A stretch of 24,000 nt of DNA from Candidatus Finniella inopinata (GCF_004210305.1 NZ_SCFB01000004.1:289554-313553), one strand, 5' to 3'; positions 1 to 10,607 are shown, counted from the stretch's first letter. A program made the numbers and translations. The notes: a model not told the origin generated them from the letters alone.

Positions 1-2
1 AT

Positions 3-803
3 TTAACAGCCCTTGGCTGGCCCACGCGTGGATTGGGGGAATTTTTACACCTGTTGGATACCAATTACACGGGCCCCACAGACCCTTACACCTTAACCCA
101 TCCTTTGTCGAATGAACGTCGGGAAAAAGTTTCGTTATTCGAGAGACAAGCCTTGGTAAACGTTCAGACCCTGCCAAAGGAAGAGGGAAAATTCCAGCGC
201 ATCAAAGGCAAAATCAATGGTTTTATGAATAAGCCGGATGCTGTGTTGCGGGAATATAAATCCACTGACAAAAGCATTGCGGCCCGGTATGCACGGTCAA
301 TTGCCTTGTATCGCAAGGGAAGACATTCCGAAGCATTGGCTGTATTGCAGGGCTTAATCGATGAACATCCTTCTGACCCGTTCTTTTTAGAATTGAAGGG
401 GCAGATTTATTTTGAAACAGGCAAGATTTCTGAAGCGGCAAGTTATTTCCGACAAGCCTTGAAACTTTTGCCCAAGGCTCAAACCATTTCTATGCTGTTA
501 GCTCAGGCTTTATTGGAAAGCCAAATCCCTGACAGCAAAATTTTAGACGAAGCTGTTAGTTTGCTAATGGAGGTTGTTGACCACGCCCCTGAAAATGTTT
601 TTGCCTGGCGTTTATTGGCCAAGGCTTACGGCAGAAAAAATCAAATGGATCATATGGCCTTGTGTTTAGCTGAAGAGGCTTTCTTGTTCAATAACGTCCC
701 CATGGCGAAATCCCAGGCTCAGAAGGCTTCTAAAAGCAAGGATCCTATCGTGGCTAAACGTGCCAAAGACATTTTGGGGCAGATCGAGCCTGCTGGTGCG
801 TGA
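3..803 (+). CDS. M48-family (BepA/YfgC-like) metalloprotease, C-terminal TPR portion; 5' end outside the window
   Basis: The frame is open from base 3, with no stop upstream of the TTG at 33, so the gene is truncated by the window edge. The motif THPLSNERREKV is followed by TPR-like helical repeats (ARYARSIALYRKGRHSEALAVLQGLIDEHPSDPFFLELKGQIYFETGKISEAASYFRQAL). Family call is from memory. Confidence 0.6.
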   Translation, partial: LTALGWPTRGLGEFLHLLDTNYTGPTDPYTLTHPLSNERREKVSLFERQALVNVQTLPKEEGKFQRIKGKINGFMNKPDAVLREYKSTDKSIAARYARSIALYRKGRHSEALAVLQGLIDEHPSDPFFLELKGQIYFETGKISEAASYFRQALKLLPKAQTISMLLAQALLESQIPDSKILDEAVSLLMEVVDHAPENVFAWRLLAKAYGRKNQMDHMALCLAEEAFLFNNVPMAKSQAQKASKSKDPIVAKRAKDILGQIEPAGA

Positions 804-879
804 AACAAAGCTTGCTTTGTGCGCAGGAACCTTTTAGAAACGAAGGGTAATTCCAAAATCCCAACATAAATAAAGTTAC

Positions 880-1833
880 ATGACTAAATTTCTAGATTTT
901 GAACGTCCAATAGCTGAGCTTGAGAATAAAATAGAGGAACTTAGGAATCTTGCCAGTACAGATGAATTGAATATTGCCAAGGAAGTTTCAAGTCTTCAGG
1001 TCTCAGCCAATGCCATGTTGCGTAAGACATACAAAAATTTGACACCCTGGCAAAAAGTTCAAGTGGCGCGCCACCCTGACCGGCCTAAGTTTTTTGATTA
1101 TCTAAACACCCTTATTCAAGACTTTATTCCGCTGGCGGGGGATCGCTTATTCGGTGAAGACAATGCCATCATCGGCGGGTTGGGCTATTTCATGGGTAAA
1201 GTCACGCTTGTCATCGGCCAACAAAAAGGCAACGACACTGAAAGCCGCGTTAAACATAATTTTGGTATGGCTAAGCCAGAGGGATATCGCAAGGCCATTC
1301 GTTTGATGGAATTGGCGGATCGTTTTGGCATTCCCATCTTAACATTTGTCGATACGGCAGGTGCTTATCCAGGCATTGATGCCGAAGAGCGCGGCCAGGC
1401 GGAAGCCATTGCCCGGTGTATCGAAGCTTGTCTCAAGGTGAAAGTTCCTTTGGTCAGTGTGGTGATTGGCGAAGGGGGATCCGGGGGGGCGATTGCGATT
1501 GCAGCGGCCAATGCGGTTCTGATGCTGGAGCATTCGGTTTATTCTGTTATCTCGCCGGAAGGATGTGCCTCTATTTTATGGCGAAGCGCCAGTAAGGCTT
1601 CGGAGGCGGCTGAGGCGCAAAAATTGACAGCGCAAGACCTTTTGCAGTTTGGGGTTATTGATAAAATCATTCCTGAACCTGTGGGCGGGGCGCATCGGCT
1701 TGTCGATGTTGCGATTCAGTCTGTCAAAGAGGCTATTCACCAGGCGTTTCAAAATCTTTCCCATCTGGACAGTCACAAAATCCTTAGTCATCGCCGAGAA
1801 AAATTCTTGAGCATGGGCTCAAATCTAGCTTAA
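880..1833 (+). CDS. accA: Acetyl-CoA carboxylase carboxyltransferase subunit alpha
   Basis: The 317-aa ORF has the N-terminus [18 protein letters not shown] and the motifs [72 protein letters not shown] and [12 protein letters not shown]. All are typical of AccA. Confidence 0.95.
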   Translation: MTKFLDFERPIAELENKIEELRNLASTDELNIAKEVSSLQVSANAMLRKTYKNLTPWQKVQVARHPDRPKFFDYLNTLIQDFIPLAGDRLFGEDNAIIGGLGYFMGKVTLVIGQQKGNDTESRVKHNFGMAKPEGYRKAIRLMELADRFGIPILTFVDTAGAYPGIDAEERGQAEAIARCIEACLKVKVPLVSVVIGEGGSGGAIAIAAANAVLMLEHSVYSVISPEGCASILWRSASKASEAAEAQKLTAQDLLQFGVIDKIIPEPVGGAHRLVDVAIQSVKEAIHQAFQNLSHLDSHKILSHRREKFLSMGSNLA

Positions 1834-1845
1834 GGGTTCCCAGTT

Positions 1846-2820
1846 ATGATTTCCTTCGAGCTTTTACAACTCAACCTATTATCCCCTATGGTTCTGGCCT
1901 TTTTCTTGGGCGTTATGGCTGTTTGGGCCAAAAGCGACCTGCAATTGCCAGAGGGGCTGTACGCCAGCCTGTCGATGTATTTGCTGTTGGCATTGGGCTT
2001 AAAGGGCGGGGCGTATCTTTCCCAAACGTCTTTTAATATCATTGGCGTGCCAGCGGCTATGACCTTGTTGTTGGGGATGGTGTTACCCGTTATTGCCTAT
2101 GTTATTGCGCATTTCATTGGGCGTTTTTCCCAGGCTGATTCGGCGGCCCTGGCGGCCCATTATGGGTCGGTTTCGGTGGTCACGTTTATGGCGTGTGAAG
2201 TTTTTGTGGAGACCTTAGGCACACCTGGCGAAGGGTTTATGGCCGCCCTGGTGGCCATTTTGGAAATTCCTGGGATTATTATCGCCTTACTGTTGGCAGA
2301 ACACCGACCCGGTGTTAAACAAGAATCAAGCCTTTGGCAACGGTTGGAAGGTATCCTTTTCAGCAAAAGTATTTTGTTGTTGTTAGGGGGATTGCTCATT
2401 GGTTTTATCTCTGGCAAGCCGGGCTTAGAAAAAATCTCCCCCTTCTTTATTGCGCCCTTTCAAGGGGTGTTGGTGTTGTTCATGTTAGACATGGGGTTGG
2501 TGGCGGGCGAGCGCCTAAATGACCTAAAACAAGTTAAGGGTTTCTTATTCGTATACGCCTTTTTAATTCCCATTCTGAACGGTGCCCTTGGTGTTTATGG
2601 CGGTTACCTTGCCGGTTTATCGTTGGGCGGAGCCACCATATTGGGCGCCATGTCGGCCAGCGCGTCTTATATAGCAGCGCCAGCTGCTGTTCGGGTGTCG
2701 ATTCCCGATGCTAACCCGGTTTATTACCTAACCTCGGCCATTGCGCTGACTTTCCCCTTTAACCTGGCCTTTGGGATTCCGTTGTATTACCAATTTGCCG
2801 TTTGGTTGTTTGGGCGGTAA
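1846..2820 (+). CDS. SbtA-like sodium-dependent bicarbonate transport family permease (DUF897/Sbt_1)
   Basis: The 324-aa polytopic membrane protein starts 12 nt after the accA stop. LSPMVLAFFLGVMAVWAKSDLQLPEGL, LALGLKGG, HYGSVSVVTFMA and SASASYIAAPAAVRVSIPDANPVYYLTSAIALTFP resemble cyanobacterial SbtA as I recall it. Confidence 0.75.
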   Translation: MISFELLQLNLLSPMVLAFFLGVMAVWAKSDLQLPEGLYASLSMYLLLALGLKGGAYLSQTSFNIIGVPAAMTLLLGMVLPVIAYVIAHFIGRFSQADSAALAAHYGSVSVVTFMACEVFVETLGTPGEGFMAALVAILEIPGIIIALLLAEHRPGVKQESSLWQRLEGILFSKSILLLLGGLLIGFISGKPGLEKISPFFIAPFQGVLVLFMLDMGLVAGERLNDLKQVKGFLFVYAFLIPILNGALGVYGGYLAGLSLGGATILGAMSASASYIAAPAAVRVSIPDANPVYYLTSAIALTFPFNLAFGIPLYYQFAVWLFGR

Positions 2821-2823
2821 AGC

Positions 2824-2853
2824 CGACCAATCCGAAGCTTATTTCGGATTGGT
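2824..2853 (+). terminator. Rho-independent terminator-like hairpin after the SbtA-like gene
   Basis: A perfect 12-bp stem, gaccaatccgaa (2824-2835) pairing with ttcggattggtc (2842-2853), has a 6-nt loop. It lies 4 nt after the stop and is followed by ttataaatttt. Confidence 0.7.
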
Positions 2854-3244
2854 CTTATAAATTTTGCCGGATATGCTATCCTTAGGACAAATATGAGGCG
2901 CCAAAAAACATGGATAGAATATACCAAACAATTCTGAATGATCATTTCAGTCAAATCAAATCCTGAGGAACCTTTATCAAAAAACCTTATGCACTTTCAA
3001 AAGTAACTTAATGCTGAACACATATTTCAGGTGGCCGTTGAGGCGGAATATATTGATGCAGATTGCTTTGCCCCCACAAGTTCGGACAATTCATTAATTG
3101 TTCCTGCTAAAACATTTCTATCCCAACTGATTTAGCTATACGGAAAGTTTCTGGTTTATATCGGCTCTATGGGTACGTATAATGCCCTGACAACGCTCAA
3201 AAAGAGATAAAAGTGGCAGGTATTTAGATTATGTGTATTAGGAT

Positions 3245-6200
3245 GTGATGGCTGGATCTGTGTATTTAGGGGGTGTTCCCACAAGCTATCAACCTTTTGT
3301 CATTGAAAAGTTGTGGCAGGATCATGCCCAACCTTTGTTGGTGGTCACATCGACGGAGGAGCATGTGGGGGCTCTTCAAGAACAATTGAATCGGATAGCG
3401 CCCCATATCCAATGCCTTAACTTCCCGGCCTGGGATTGCCTGCCCTATGATCGGGTATCCCCCAGTCAAGACATTGTAACCCAACGCCTGGAAACGTTAA
3501 CAACCCTTATTCATCAACCCCAGCGTTTCTGTGTGATCACGTCTGTGGCGGCCTTGGCCCAGCATCTACCACCACGATTGTCATTGATTGGCGAATCGCT
3601 TGACTTGCAGATCGGCCAGAAAATTGCCCGGGAGGCCTTGTTAAGTTACCTGACTCATAAAGGATTTCGCCGTTGCGAGACGGTTTATGAACCGGGCGAC
3701 TATGCTGTCAGGGGCAGCATCGTTGATATATTTCCAACAACCTGTGAAAATCCGCTGCGGCTTGATTTCTTTGATGATGTTTTGGATGCCCTAAAAAGCT
3801 TTGATCCTATTACTCAAAAAACGATTGCGGTTTGTGAACGGGTTGAATTGAAACCCATCCATGAAGTCACCTTAACCCTCGAGACCATTCAACAGTTCCG
3901 TCAGAAGTATCGTCAATTGTTTGGGGCCAGCAAAGTGGGCATTGAATCGGACGCTTTGTATGAATCCATCTCTGCTGGCAGATCTTATGCGGGTATGGAG
4001 CATTGGCTGCCCTTGTTTTACGACGGGTGTGAGACGTTATTAGATTATTTCCCCAATGCTTTAATGATTAAGGAAGATGCTGCCGATCAAGCGCTGATCA
4101 GCCATCAACAATCTATCCATGAGTATTATCAGGCGCGGGCGAATCCCATTGGTCGCGAGGGGACTTATCGCCCCCTGCCCCCTGAGCAGTTGTATTGGAC
4201 AAAAACAGAATGGGAAGATTTTCAGCGAACCGTTGAGGTTGTAAGTTTAAGCCCTTTTGTTGCTGAAAACAGCCAAGACCAAGGGGGGCGCTTGCCGCCT
4301 GATTTTACGGCCATTCGTCAATCGCAGCCTGAAAAAGTATTCGACCAAGTCTGTCAAACGATTCAAACGCATCAACAACAAGGCCGGCTGGTTGTGATCA
4401 CCAGCCATACGGATGGCTCACGCCAGCGCCTGGAAAGTCTGCTTCGGGCCCAAGGGTTGAAACGTATTTTAGCGGTACAAAATTGGCCCGCAGACGGCGC
4501 CGATCGCGGGGTTGTTTACAGTCTGACCGCCCCCTTTGAACAGGGATTTATGACGCCTGATCAGTTGGTTTTGACCGAACAAGATATTTTGGGCGACCGT
4601 ATGGTGCGCAAATCGCCCAAACGCAAAAAGAGTTCTGTTTTTCAAGACGCCAGCCAGTTAGCCGTTGGTGATTTAATTGTTCACAATGACCATGGGATTG
4701 GTCGCTATTTGCGGTTGGAAACTCTGACCGTCAATCAAAAAGCCCATGACTGCCTTTGCTTGGAATATGAGGGGGGCGATAAGCTTTTCCTGCCCGTTGA
4801 AAACCTTGAGTTGATTAGTCGTTATGGCGATGAGAACAGCCTGGCATCCCTTGATCGCCTAGGCTCGGCCGCTTGGCAAAATCGAAAGTCGAAGGTTAAG
4901 AAACGCATTCGGGTGATTGCAGATTATCTGATTCGCCTGGCGGCAGAACGGGCTTTGCACCAGGGCGTTGTCTTGGATAAGATTTCTAATGAATATGACC
5001 AATTCTGTGCTCGGTTCCCTTATGCCGAAACGGAAGATCAGCAACGCGTTATTGAAGAGACCCTGAATGATCTGACGCTTGGTAAACCTATGGATCGCCT
5101 GGTGTGCGGGGATGTTGGTTTTGGCAAGACCGAGGTTGCGTTGCGGGCCGCCTATATGGCGGTGGCGAATGGCAAGCAGGTTGCCCTGATCGTGCCCACC
5201 ACCCTTTTAGCGCGTCAGCATTATCAAACGTTTCGTCAACGGTTCCATGGGCTTCCCTATCGGGTGCAGCAACTTTCACGCCTGGTTAAGACCAAAGAGG
5301 CTGGCGAGATCAAGAAGGACTTAGAGGCCGGTCACGTTAATATTATCATTGCTACCCAGGCGATTTTGGCCAATGACGTTCGCTTTCACGATTTAGGCTT
5401 ACTGATCGTTGATGAGGAGCAGCACTTTGGCGTGAAGCAAAAGGAAAAGCTGAAAACCCTTAAAACCGATGTGCATGTTCTGACCCTGACCGCCACACCC
5501 ATCCCCCGCACTCTGCAATTAGCCCTTAGTGGCGTTAGAGAGCTTAGCCTGATCACAACGCCGCCTATTGATCGGTTGGCTGTGCGCACGTTCGTGATGC
5601 CCTATGACAGCGTTGTCATTAAAGAGGCGATTTTGCGGGAATATCATCGGGGCGGACAGATTTTTTATGTATCACCCCGGTTAGAGGATTTGGCAACTTT
5701 GCAGGAACAGCTGGGCGTTTTGGTGCCAGAGGTTAAAATTGCCATTGCCCACGGACAAATGCCAGCTGCCCAGCTGGAGGACGTGATGACCGCCTTTTAT
5801 GACCGCGCGTTTCATGTTTTATTATCAACGAATATTGTGGAATCGGGCATCGATATCCCCACCGCCAACACCCTGATTATTCATCGGGCTGACCTGTTTG
5901 GATTGTCGCAACTGTATCAATTAAGGGGTCGGGTCGGGCGTGCAAAGGTTCAGGGGTACGCGTATTTAACGCTGCCCGCGGATAAGCCGATTTCTGATAC
6001 CGCGCAAAAACGGTTGACCGTGATGCAAAGCCTTGACAGCCTGGGCGCTGGGTTTCGATTGGCAAGCCATGACATGGATATTCGTGGCGCCGGCAATATT
6101 GTGGGTGAAGAACAATCGGGTCATATTCGCGAAGTGGGCGTCGAGCTGTATCAGAACCTGCTGCAAGAGGCGATCATCATGGCAAGGGCCGAGCAGGCCA

Positions 6201-6682
6201 ACCAGGCCGATGCTTTTGAAGAGACTTGGACTCCGCAAATTAACCTAAGCATGGCAATTTTGATTCCAGAAACCTATGTCAAAGATTTGGGCCTGCGGTT
6301 GGAATTATATCGCCGGTTGGCCCATTTACAAGAACGTGCACAAATTAATGAATTTGCCGCCGAACTGGTGGATCGTTTTGGTGCCCTGCCGCGGGAGGTT
6401 AAAAACCTGCTGGCTGTGATTGAACTGAAAAGTTTATGTCGCCAAGCCCATATTGAAAAAATCGATGCAGGCCCCAAGGGGTTGGTGATTGGCTTCAGGG
6501 ATGGGACATTTTCCAACCCCAAGGCCTTGCTTGTATACCTTCAATCGCCCGTTGTGCATCAGGCTGGCGCGACCAAAATTCGCCCTGACCAAAAGTTGGT
6601 TTTTATTCGCGAATGGCCATCGGAACAACTGCGCCTGAGGGGGACGACCGAAATTGTGAAGGCCATAGCAGCGCTGGTTTAG
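3245..6682 (+). CDS. mfd: Transcription-repair coupling factor
   Basis: The 1145-aa ORF has the central CarD/TRCF region (GDLIVHNDHGIGRYLRLE...LEYEGGDKLFLPVENLELISRY). It also has the helicase motifs GDVGFGKTEVALRAA, DEEQHFG, LTLTATPIPRTL and YQLRGRVGR. The start could be GTG 3245 or ATG 3248. Confidence 0.95.
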   Translation: MMAGSVYLGGVPTSYQPFVIEKLWQDHAQPLLVVTSTEEHVGALQEQLNRIAPHIQCLNFPAWDCLPYDRVSPSQDIVTQRLETLTTLIHQPQRFCVITSVAALAQHLPPRLSLIGESLDLQIGQKIAREALLSYLTHKGFRRCETVYEPGDYAVRGSIVDIFPTTCENPLRLDFFDDVLDALKSFDPITQKTIAVCERVELKPIHEVTLTLETIQQFRQKYRQLFGASKVGIESDALYESISAGRSYAGMEHWLPLFYDGCETLLDYFPNALMIKEDAADQALISHQQSIHEYYQARANPIGREGTYRPLPPEQLYWTKTEWEDFQRTVEVVSLSPFVAENSQDQGGRLPPDFTAIRQSQPEKVFDQVCQTIQTHQQQGRLVVITSHTDGSRQRLESLLRAQGLKRILAVQNWPADGADRGVVYSLTAPFEQGFMTPDQLVLTEQDILGDRMVRKSPKRKKSSVFQDASQLAVGDLIVHNDHGIGRYLRLETLTVNQKAHDCLCLEYEGGDKLFLPVENLELISRYGDENSLASLDRLGSAAWQNRKSKVKKRIRVIADYLIRLAAERALHQGVVLDKISNEYDQFCARFPYAETEDQQRVIEETLNDLTLGKPMDRLVCGDVGFGKTEVALRAAYMAVANGKQVALIVPTTLLARQHYQTFRQRFHGLPYRVQQLSRLVKTKEAGEIKKDLEAGHVNIIIATQAILANDVRFHDLGLLIVDEEQHFGVKQKEKLKTLKTDVHVLTLTATPIPRTLQLALSGVRELSLITTPPIDRLAVRTFVMPYDSVVIKEAILREYHRGGQIFYVSPRLEDLATLQEQLGVLVPEVKIAIAHGQMPAAQLEDVMTAFYDRAFHVLLSTNIVESGIDIPTANTLIIHRADLFGLSQLYQLRGRVGRAKVQGYAYLTLPADKPISDTAQKRLTVMQSLDSLGAGFRLASHDMDIRGAGNIVGEEQSGHIREVGVELYQNLLQEAIIMARAEQANQADAFEETWTPQINLSMAILIPETYVKDLGLRLELYRRLAHLQERAQINEFAAELVDRFGALPREVKNLLAVIELKSLCRQAHIEKIDAGPKGLVIGFRDGTFSNPKALLVYLQSPVVHQAGATKIRPDQKLVFIREWPSEQLRLRGTTEIVKAIAALV

Positions 6683-6744
6683 GGCGGCATTTTTCTTAAG
6701 AACCCCTCGTTTCAACACTATGGATATCAATTCCATCAATCACC

Positions 6745-6835
6745 CTTGTCATTCCCACAGTCCCTCCTGTCATTCCCGCGCAGGCGGGAATCCAAACAAT
6801 CAATGAAACTGGACCCCTGCCTCCGCGGGGGTAAC
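6745..6835. repeat. REP/MITE-like palindromic element in the mfd downstream spacer
   Basis: Hairpin attcccgc-gcag-gcgggaat lies at 6772-6791. A second imperfect hairpin, cccctgc-ctcc-gcggggg, lies at about 6814-6831. The direct repeat tgtcattccc occurs at 6747-6756 and 6768-6777. The GTCATTCCCGCGCAGGCGGGAATC motif is a dispersed repeat type I recall from intracellular bacteria. The track ORF 6746..6934 (SFPRRRESK...) is its spurious translation. Confidence 0.5.
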
Positions 6836-6965
6836 AATACAGCGTTAAGGGAAAAGAGATATCGTCGGAATACAATTGGAATGTATTCGATACGTTTCAT
6901 TAAACATATATTAATAATCTCTATTTACACTTAAGTATACACAAAATTATTAAATTGGCTTTGAA

Positions 6966-9055
6966 ATGGTTTTTAATAAAATTATGCGTTTGATGTTGCT
7001 TATGTCAACGTCTGTCACTTGCGCCTATGCAGGAACTTCACAAGCCACATCGGTGAGTGGACCATCATTTTTGTTTAACAGCAGTGTTACACGGCCGCGG
7101 GCCATCTTGCATGCATTTGATGTGTCGTTAACGACGATTACACGGCCACCAACTTTTCAATGTGACCCAGTATTCAGTACTATATACCCAAATTTTAATA
7201 CGGCAGACATGAGCCCTATCTTGAATTATGTCTATGCTCCTTCTACAGCTGTCAATCCTACACAAGCTATCAACCGTGCCGGCGCCAGGGGATATACGCA
7301 CATTCAAATTTCCCCCATGCAATACATTCCAAGCAATTCCAATATTTGGAGCGCAGCTTATCAACCTTATGTCATGGTTCTTTATGACCCAAACTATTCA
7401 GATCAAACGACAGCACCGTATGCATATTACTTAACCGCGGTCAATACTGCTTTAACGGCAATGGGTAAATCAACAGTTACTGACCTTCAACGCTATGGGG
7501 TTGCTATTCCGGATACGGCGAAAAGTAGTCAAACAATTACTGTTGGATATATGCTTCAAAGCCCTCTATATGGGGGGCTTTCAGATCTGACCAATTTTAT
7601 CTTGACGGCGGCAGGGAATCCACCATTTGGCATAAAACAGAGTAACCTCAACCCTACTCCGAAAACCAATATTGGTGTGATTGCAGATGTTGTATTTGAC
7701 CAAGCTAATTTTGCTATGGTAGAAACGCCCCTTCCGCTGCCTGACAACAGTCAAGTTGTTCCTGCTAAATTGCATCCTATGAAAATTGACAATTCATTTC
7801 CTGAAGGTGCTACTCAAGATAAAAACAGATATTTCCCAGCCGGTTTTTTTACGCAAGATGATTTGAACAAAAATAGCTGGCAATTCGGTCCTAAATTGGA
7901 TTTAAGCAATCCATTGGTACAAAAAATGGCTGTTGGCTACCTAAGGCTTCTTTATGATTTGGGTGTTGCAGGCGTTCGCGTGGATGATTTGCCTATTATC
8001 AGTGCTGCATCCATCATTGCACTATCGGGTCAAGATGCCCAATATATTGCGAATCAGCAGTCGGCAGCAATTTGGAAATCTATTTTCACTCAAGCCAACA
8101 CGGCATATACATACACACCACAAGGCAGCAGCACGTCTGTGACTTTGCCAGGGTTTTCCTTTAATTGTGGATATGGTGAATATTTCTGGTCCTACAGCCC
8201 ACAGGTCTCTCCCTTTATTCCCATAATGCCTCTGGTGGATTTTATCATACAGGGCAGCTGGCAGGTTCATGCCTTGCTAATCCGGGTTACGGCAGTGTTA
8301 GCAATCTTTTGATGCCCGCGGCTCTTGGTAACTCGCAATCAGCCGTACCGTTCTCTGTCGTTCACGATATGTACCCGAACATAGCCAACAAAAGATTTAC
8401 ATTTTATGAAGACAGTAATCATGGTTCTACGGTTGCCGACCCATCCATGCAGGCACATTTCCCAAATGCACTTAATGCGAGCAACTGTGTAATTTGCGCT
8501 GCCCAGAGAACAAGCCCTGCATTCGTTATCAATTCGCAACTATCCATTGCATACCTGTTGACTAAACGTGATGGATCACCCCTTATTTTACGGTTTGAGG
8601 ATGAAAATGGTTACTTAAGCCCTGATGGAACGGTTGCGACAGGTGACTTTGCCGGTATTATTCAAAATGCTCTGGCCTTCAGAACAGCTATGGATGCAAA
8701 AAACGCCCCGCACGAGTACATCTTGGTTCTTGACACGAACACGTTATTGATTGCCCGCCAGTATGGTTTCGCGGTGATAAATATGTGGACTGGCAGTTCT
8801 AGTAACACTTCTCCGGTTGACGCAAGCGGAAATCGGACAATCAGCCTGGTGGATCTTCAAAAAGTCCCATCGACATATATACCTGATGGAACATACAAAG
8901 ATGAAGCTGGAAGCTCTTATACAAAAAGTAGTAGTAGCTTCAACGCAACGGCCAATTCAAGAAATATCAAATTTTTTGTCTTGCAAAATCCACCATCGAC
9001 TATGAGCTCACAATCGGTCGTTTTCCAGGTTACCACCCCATGGCGATTGCACTGA
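6966..9055 (+). pseudogene. Secreted GH13 alpha-amylase-like gene, frameshifted and 3'-truncated by an IS
   Basis: The N-terminus is a signal peptide (MRLMLLMSTSVTCAYAGT). GH13-like blocks are GARGYTHIQISPMQ...WSAAYQP, region I IADVVFDQANF, region II GVAGVRVDDLPII, region III GYGEYFW and region IV AVPFSVVHDMYP. Regions I-III are in ORF 6966..8312 and region IV is in ORF 8309..9055. The second frame is open back to 8180, so one frameshift between 8180 and 8312 splits the gene. The last codons (PWRLH-stop) are encoded by the IS terminal repeat. Confidence 0.7.
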
Positions 9056-10495
9056 CATCTCCTCAGCCTAGTTTTTAAAATTACGGTTTCTGCTATTTCC
9101 CAAACTTTTGTAGATTGATTTGATTTTGTAGGTTTTGAGAGATCTACTTCCTGTTTTTTTTATTTTTAGACACTATCCTCCCCTTTAAAAGACTTACCGT
9201 TTATATCAGTCAATCCGCTCAAACGCGCTTTAAATTGTGGTCAGCGGTTAGAATTTTCAATAAGTATTTGTTGTCCCAGCCTGCTACCTTCCGTCGACAG
9301 CTCACCCCTCGTTTATTCGTTTTTTCTTGCTTGAGTAGATTCAAAGCAATACGTCTCATGACAGCCAAATTCTTGGCCGCGTGGCCAACATGCACCTGGT
9401 TATGGTCTTCCCTAAAACCTACATCCAAAGACCAGTGCAGGTTAATTTCTATGTTCCAGTGTTTTCTGACAGCAACCATAAACTGATCAATATTTTCATA
9501 GGCTAAACTTGTTAGAAAGTAGCGGGTACTACGCTCAACCTGATTATTAGTTGTGCGTGTTGTTTCAAGCATGCCAACACCCTTTAACCCAGGCCAACGA
9601 AGTTGAAATACTGCCGGATCGCGTGCTGATACTAATGTATAGCGACGTGTTTCTATGCGACCATGATCATGGATCTTCTCTACTTTCCGTCGATTAAGCA
9701 TCTTCTTGTACTGACGTGATTCTCCTATATGGAAAATTGCCTTGACCATTTCATGAAGCTTCGGTTGATTATCTTTTAGAGCTAATACGTAGTCTGCACC
9801 TTGAATTAAGATCTCTTCAGCAATTGACTGCTGACAACCCATGGCGTCAATGGTGACTGTACTACCAGTAACATCAATCATCTTGAGTAATTTTGGAATG
9901 GCTGTAATTTCATTGGATTTTTCATCCGTTTTAACTTGCCCTAAAAGAAGACTTTGATTGCTTGCCCAGGCACTTACAATGTGTAGGGCTTTTTTCTCTT
10001 TTCTTCTGTTGCCAGAACCCCGTAGCGTTTTTCCATCAATAGCAATAATCTCAGAATTAACATCGATAGAGAGTGACTTGATCCATGCATAAAAGCAGGA
10101 TTCAAATTGCTCTGGGTCAAGTATGGAAAACACACGGCCAAAAGTATCATGAGATGGCACACCATTAGGCAGCTCGAGAAATGTTGATAACCAATCGTAT
10201 TTGGCTTTGCCAAATTCACTAATATCAACCCAGTTATCAGCGCCACAAATTGTGGCCAATATTGTTATTACCAAGATATCGTGCAATTTGTGAAGCTTGT
10301 TGTGGTTATCAATACGAGGATCGGCAAGAGGTTCAAAATGTTTGAGGAAAGTATCTGATAACTGCATCCCTGTTTCCTTTTTCTTTATTGAGAAAAAAGA
10401 ATAATAACAACGGATAGAACAGCAGAAAAGCCGAATAAAAAATTAGGAAATAATTTTTAGAATACTAAACTAATTTTCAGTGCAATCGCCATGGG
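9037..10495 (-). mobile_element. ISAs1-family insertion sequence
   Basis: Perfect 18-bp terminal inverted repeats are cccatggcgattgcactg (9037-9054) and cagtgcaatcgccatggg (10478-10495). They may extend imperfectly to 9028 and 10504. The flanks aggttaccac (9027-9036) and aggtcaccat (10497-10506) match at 8/10 and may be a decayed target duplication. The element has a single transposase ORF. Confidence 0.8.
9219..10367 (-). CDS. ISAs1-family transposase (H-repeat-associated protein type)
   Basis: The 382-aa intact ORF has the N-terminal DDE_Tnp_1-associated signature FEPLADPRIDNHNKLHKLHDILVITILATICGADNWVDISEFGK. Further motifs are IAIDGKTLRGS, TIDAMGCQ and HWNIEINLHWSLDVGFREDH. Confidence 0.9.
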   Translation of the reverse strand: MQLSDTFLKHFEPLADPRIDNHNKLHKLHDILVITILATICGADNWVDISEFGKAKYDWLSTFLELPNGVPSHDTFGRVFSILDPEQFESCFYAWIKSLSIDVNSEIIAIDGKTLRGSGNRRKEKKALHIVSAWASNQSLLLGQVKTDEKSNEITAIPKLLKMIDVTGSTVTIDAMGCQQSIAEEILIQGADYVLALKDNQPKLHEMVKAIFHIGESRQYKKMLNRRKVEKIHDHGRIETRRYTLVSARDPAVFQLRWPGLKGVGMLETTRTTNNQVERSTRYFLTSLAYENIDQFMVAVRKHWNIEINLHWSLDVGFREDHNQVHVGHAAKNLAVMRRIALNLLKQEKTNKRGVSCRRKVAGWDNKYLLKILTADHNLKRV

Positions 10496-10562
10496 AAGGT
10501 CACCATCATCATCGTTAAACAGTGGCTTGAAAGGATGATTTGAAAGGAAAAGTATTTGATAA

Positions 10563-10607
10563 TGGTGCCGGCTGCAGGATTCGAACTCGCGACCTACTGA
10601 TTACAAA
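10563..10607 (-). pseudogene. tRNA-Thr(UGU) 3' fragment, probable att-site remnant and not a functional tRNA
   Basis: The reverse complement reads tttgtaa-tcagt-aggtc-gcgag-ttcgaat-cctgc-agccggc-a-cca. That is anticodon loop (TGT), 3' anticodon stem, variable loop, T-arm, 3' acceptor strand and CCA. The sequence upstream cannot pair with the anticodon stem or form a D-arm. The T-stem has an A-C mismatch. Confidence 0.65.

Noticed and set aside
2857-3244. Unusually long (about 390 bp) non-coding spacer before mfd; considered an sRNA, riboswitch or gene remnant
   Set aside because: I could find no conserved-looking structure, repeat or interpretable reading frame by eye. I cannot support any call without covariance-model or homology searches.
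3266-6739. Many 60-100-aa ORFs antisense or out of frame within mfd (e.g. 5088..5279, 5966..6238, 6434..6739)
   Set aside because: They are fully embedded in a long, well-supported mfd reading frame. They are typical shadow ORFs of moderately GC-rich coding DNA.
6746-6934. 62-aa ORF downstream of mfd
   Set aside because: It is the translation of the palindromic REP-like element followed by AT-rich spacer. It has no RBS and shows the typical repeat-derived peptide pattern.
9974-10246. 90-aa ORF in another frame of the ISAs1 transposase, and 9235..9486 on the + strand
   Set aside because: They are embedded in the intact 382-aa transposase frame, which carries the family motifs.
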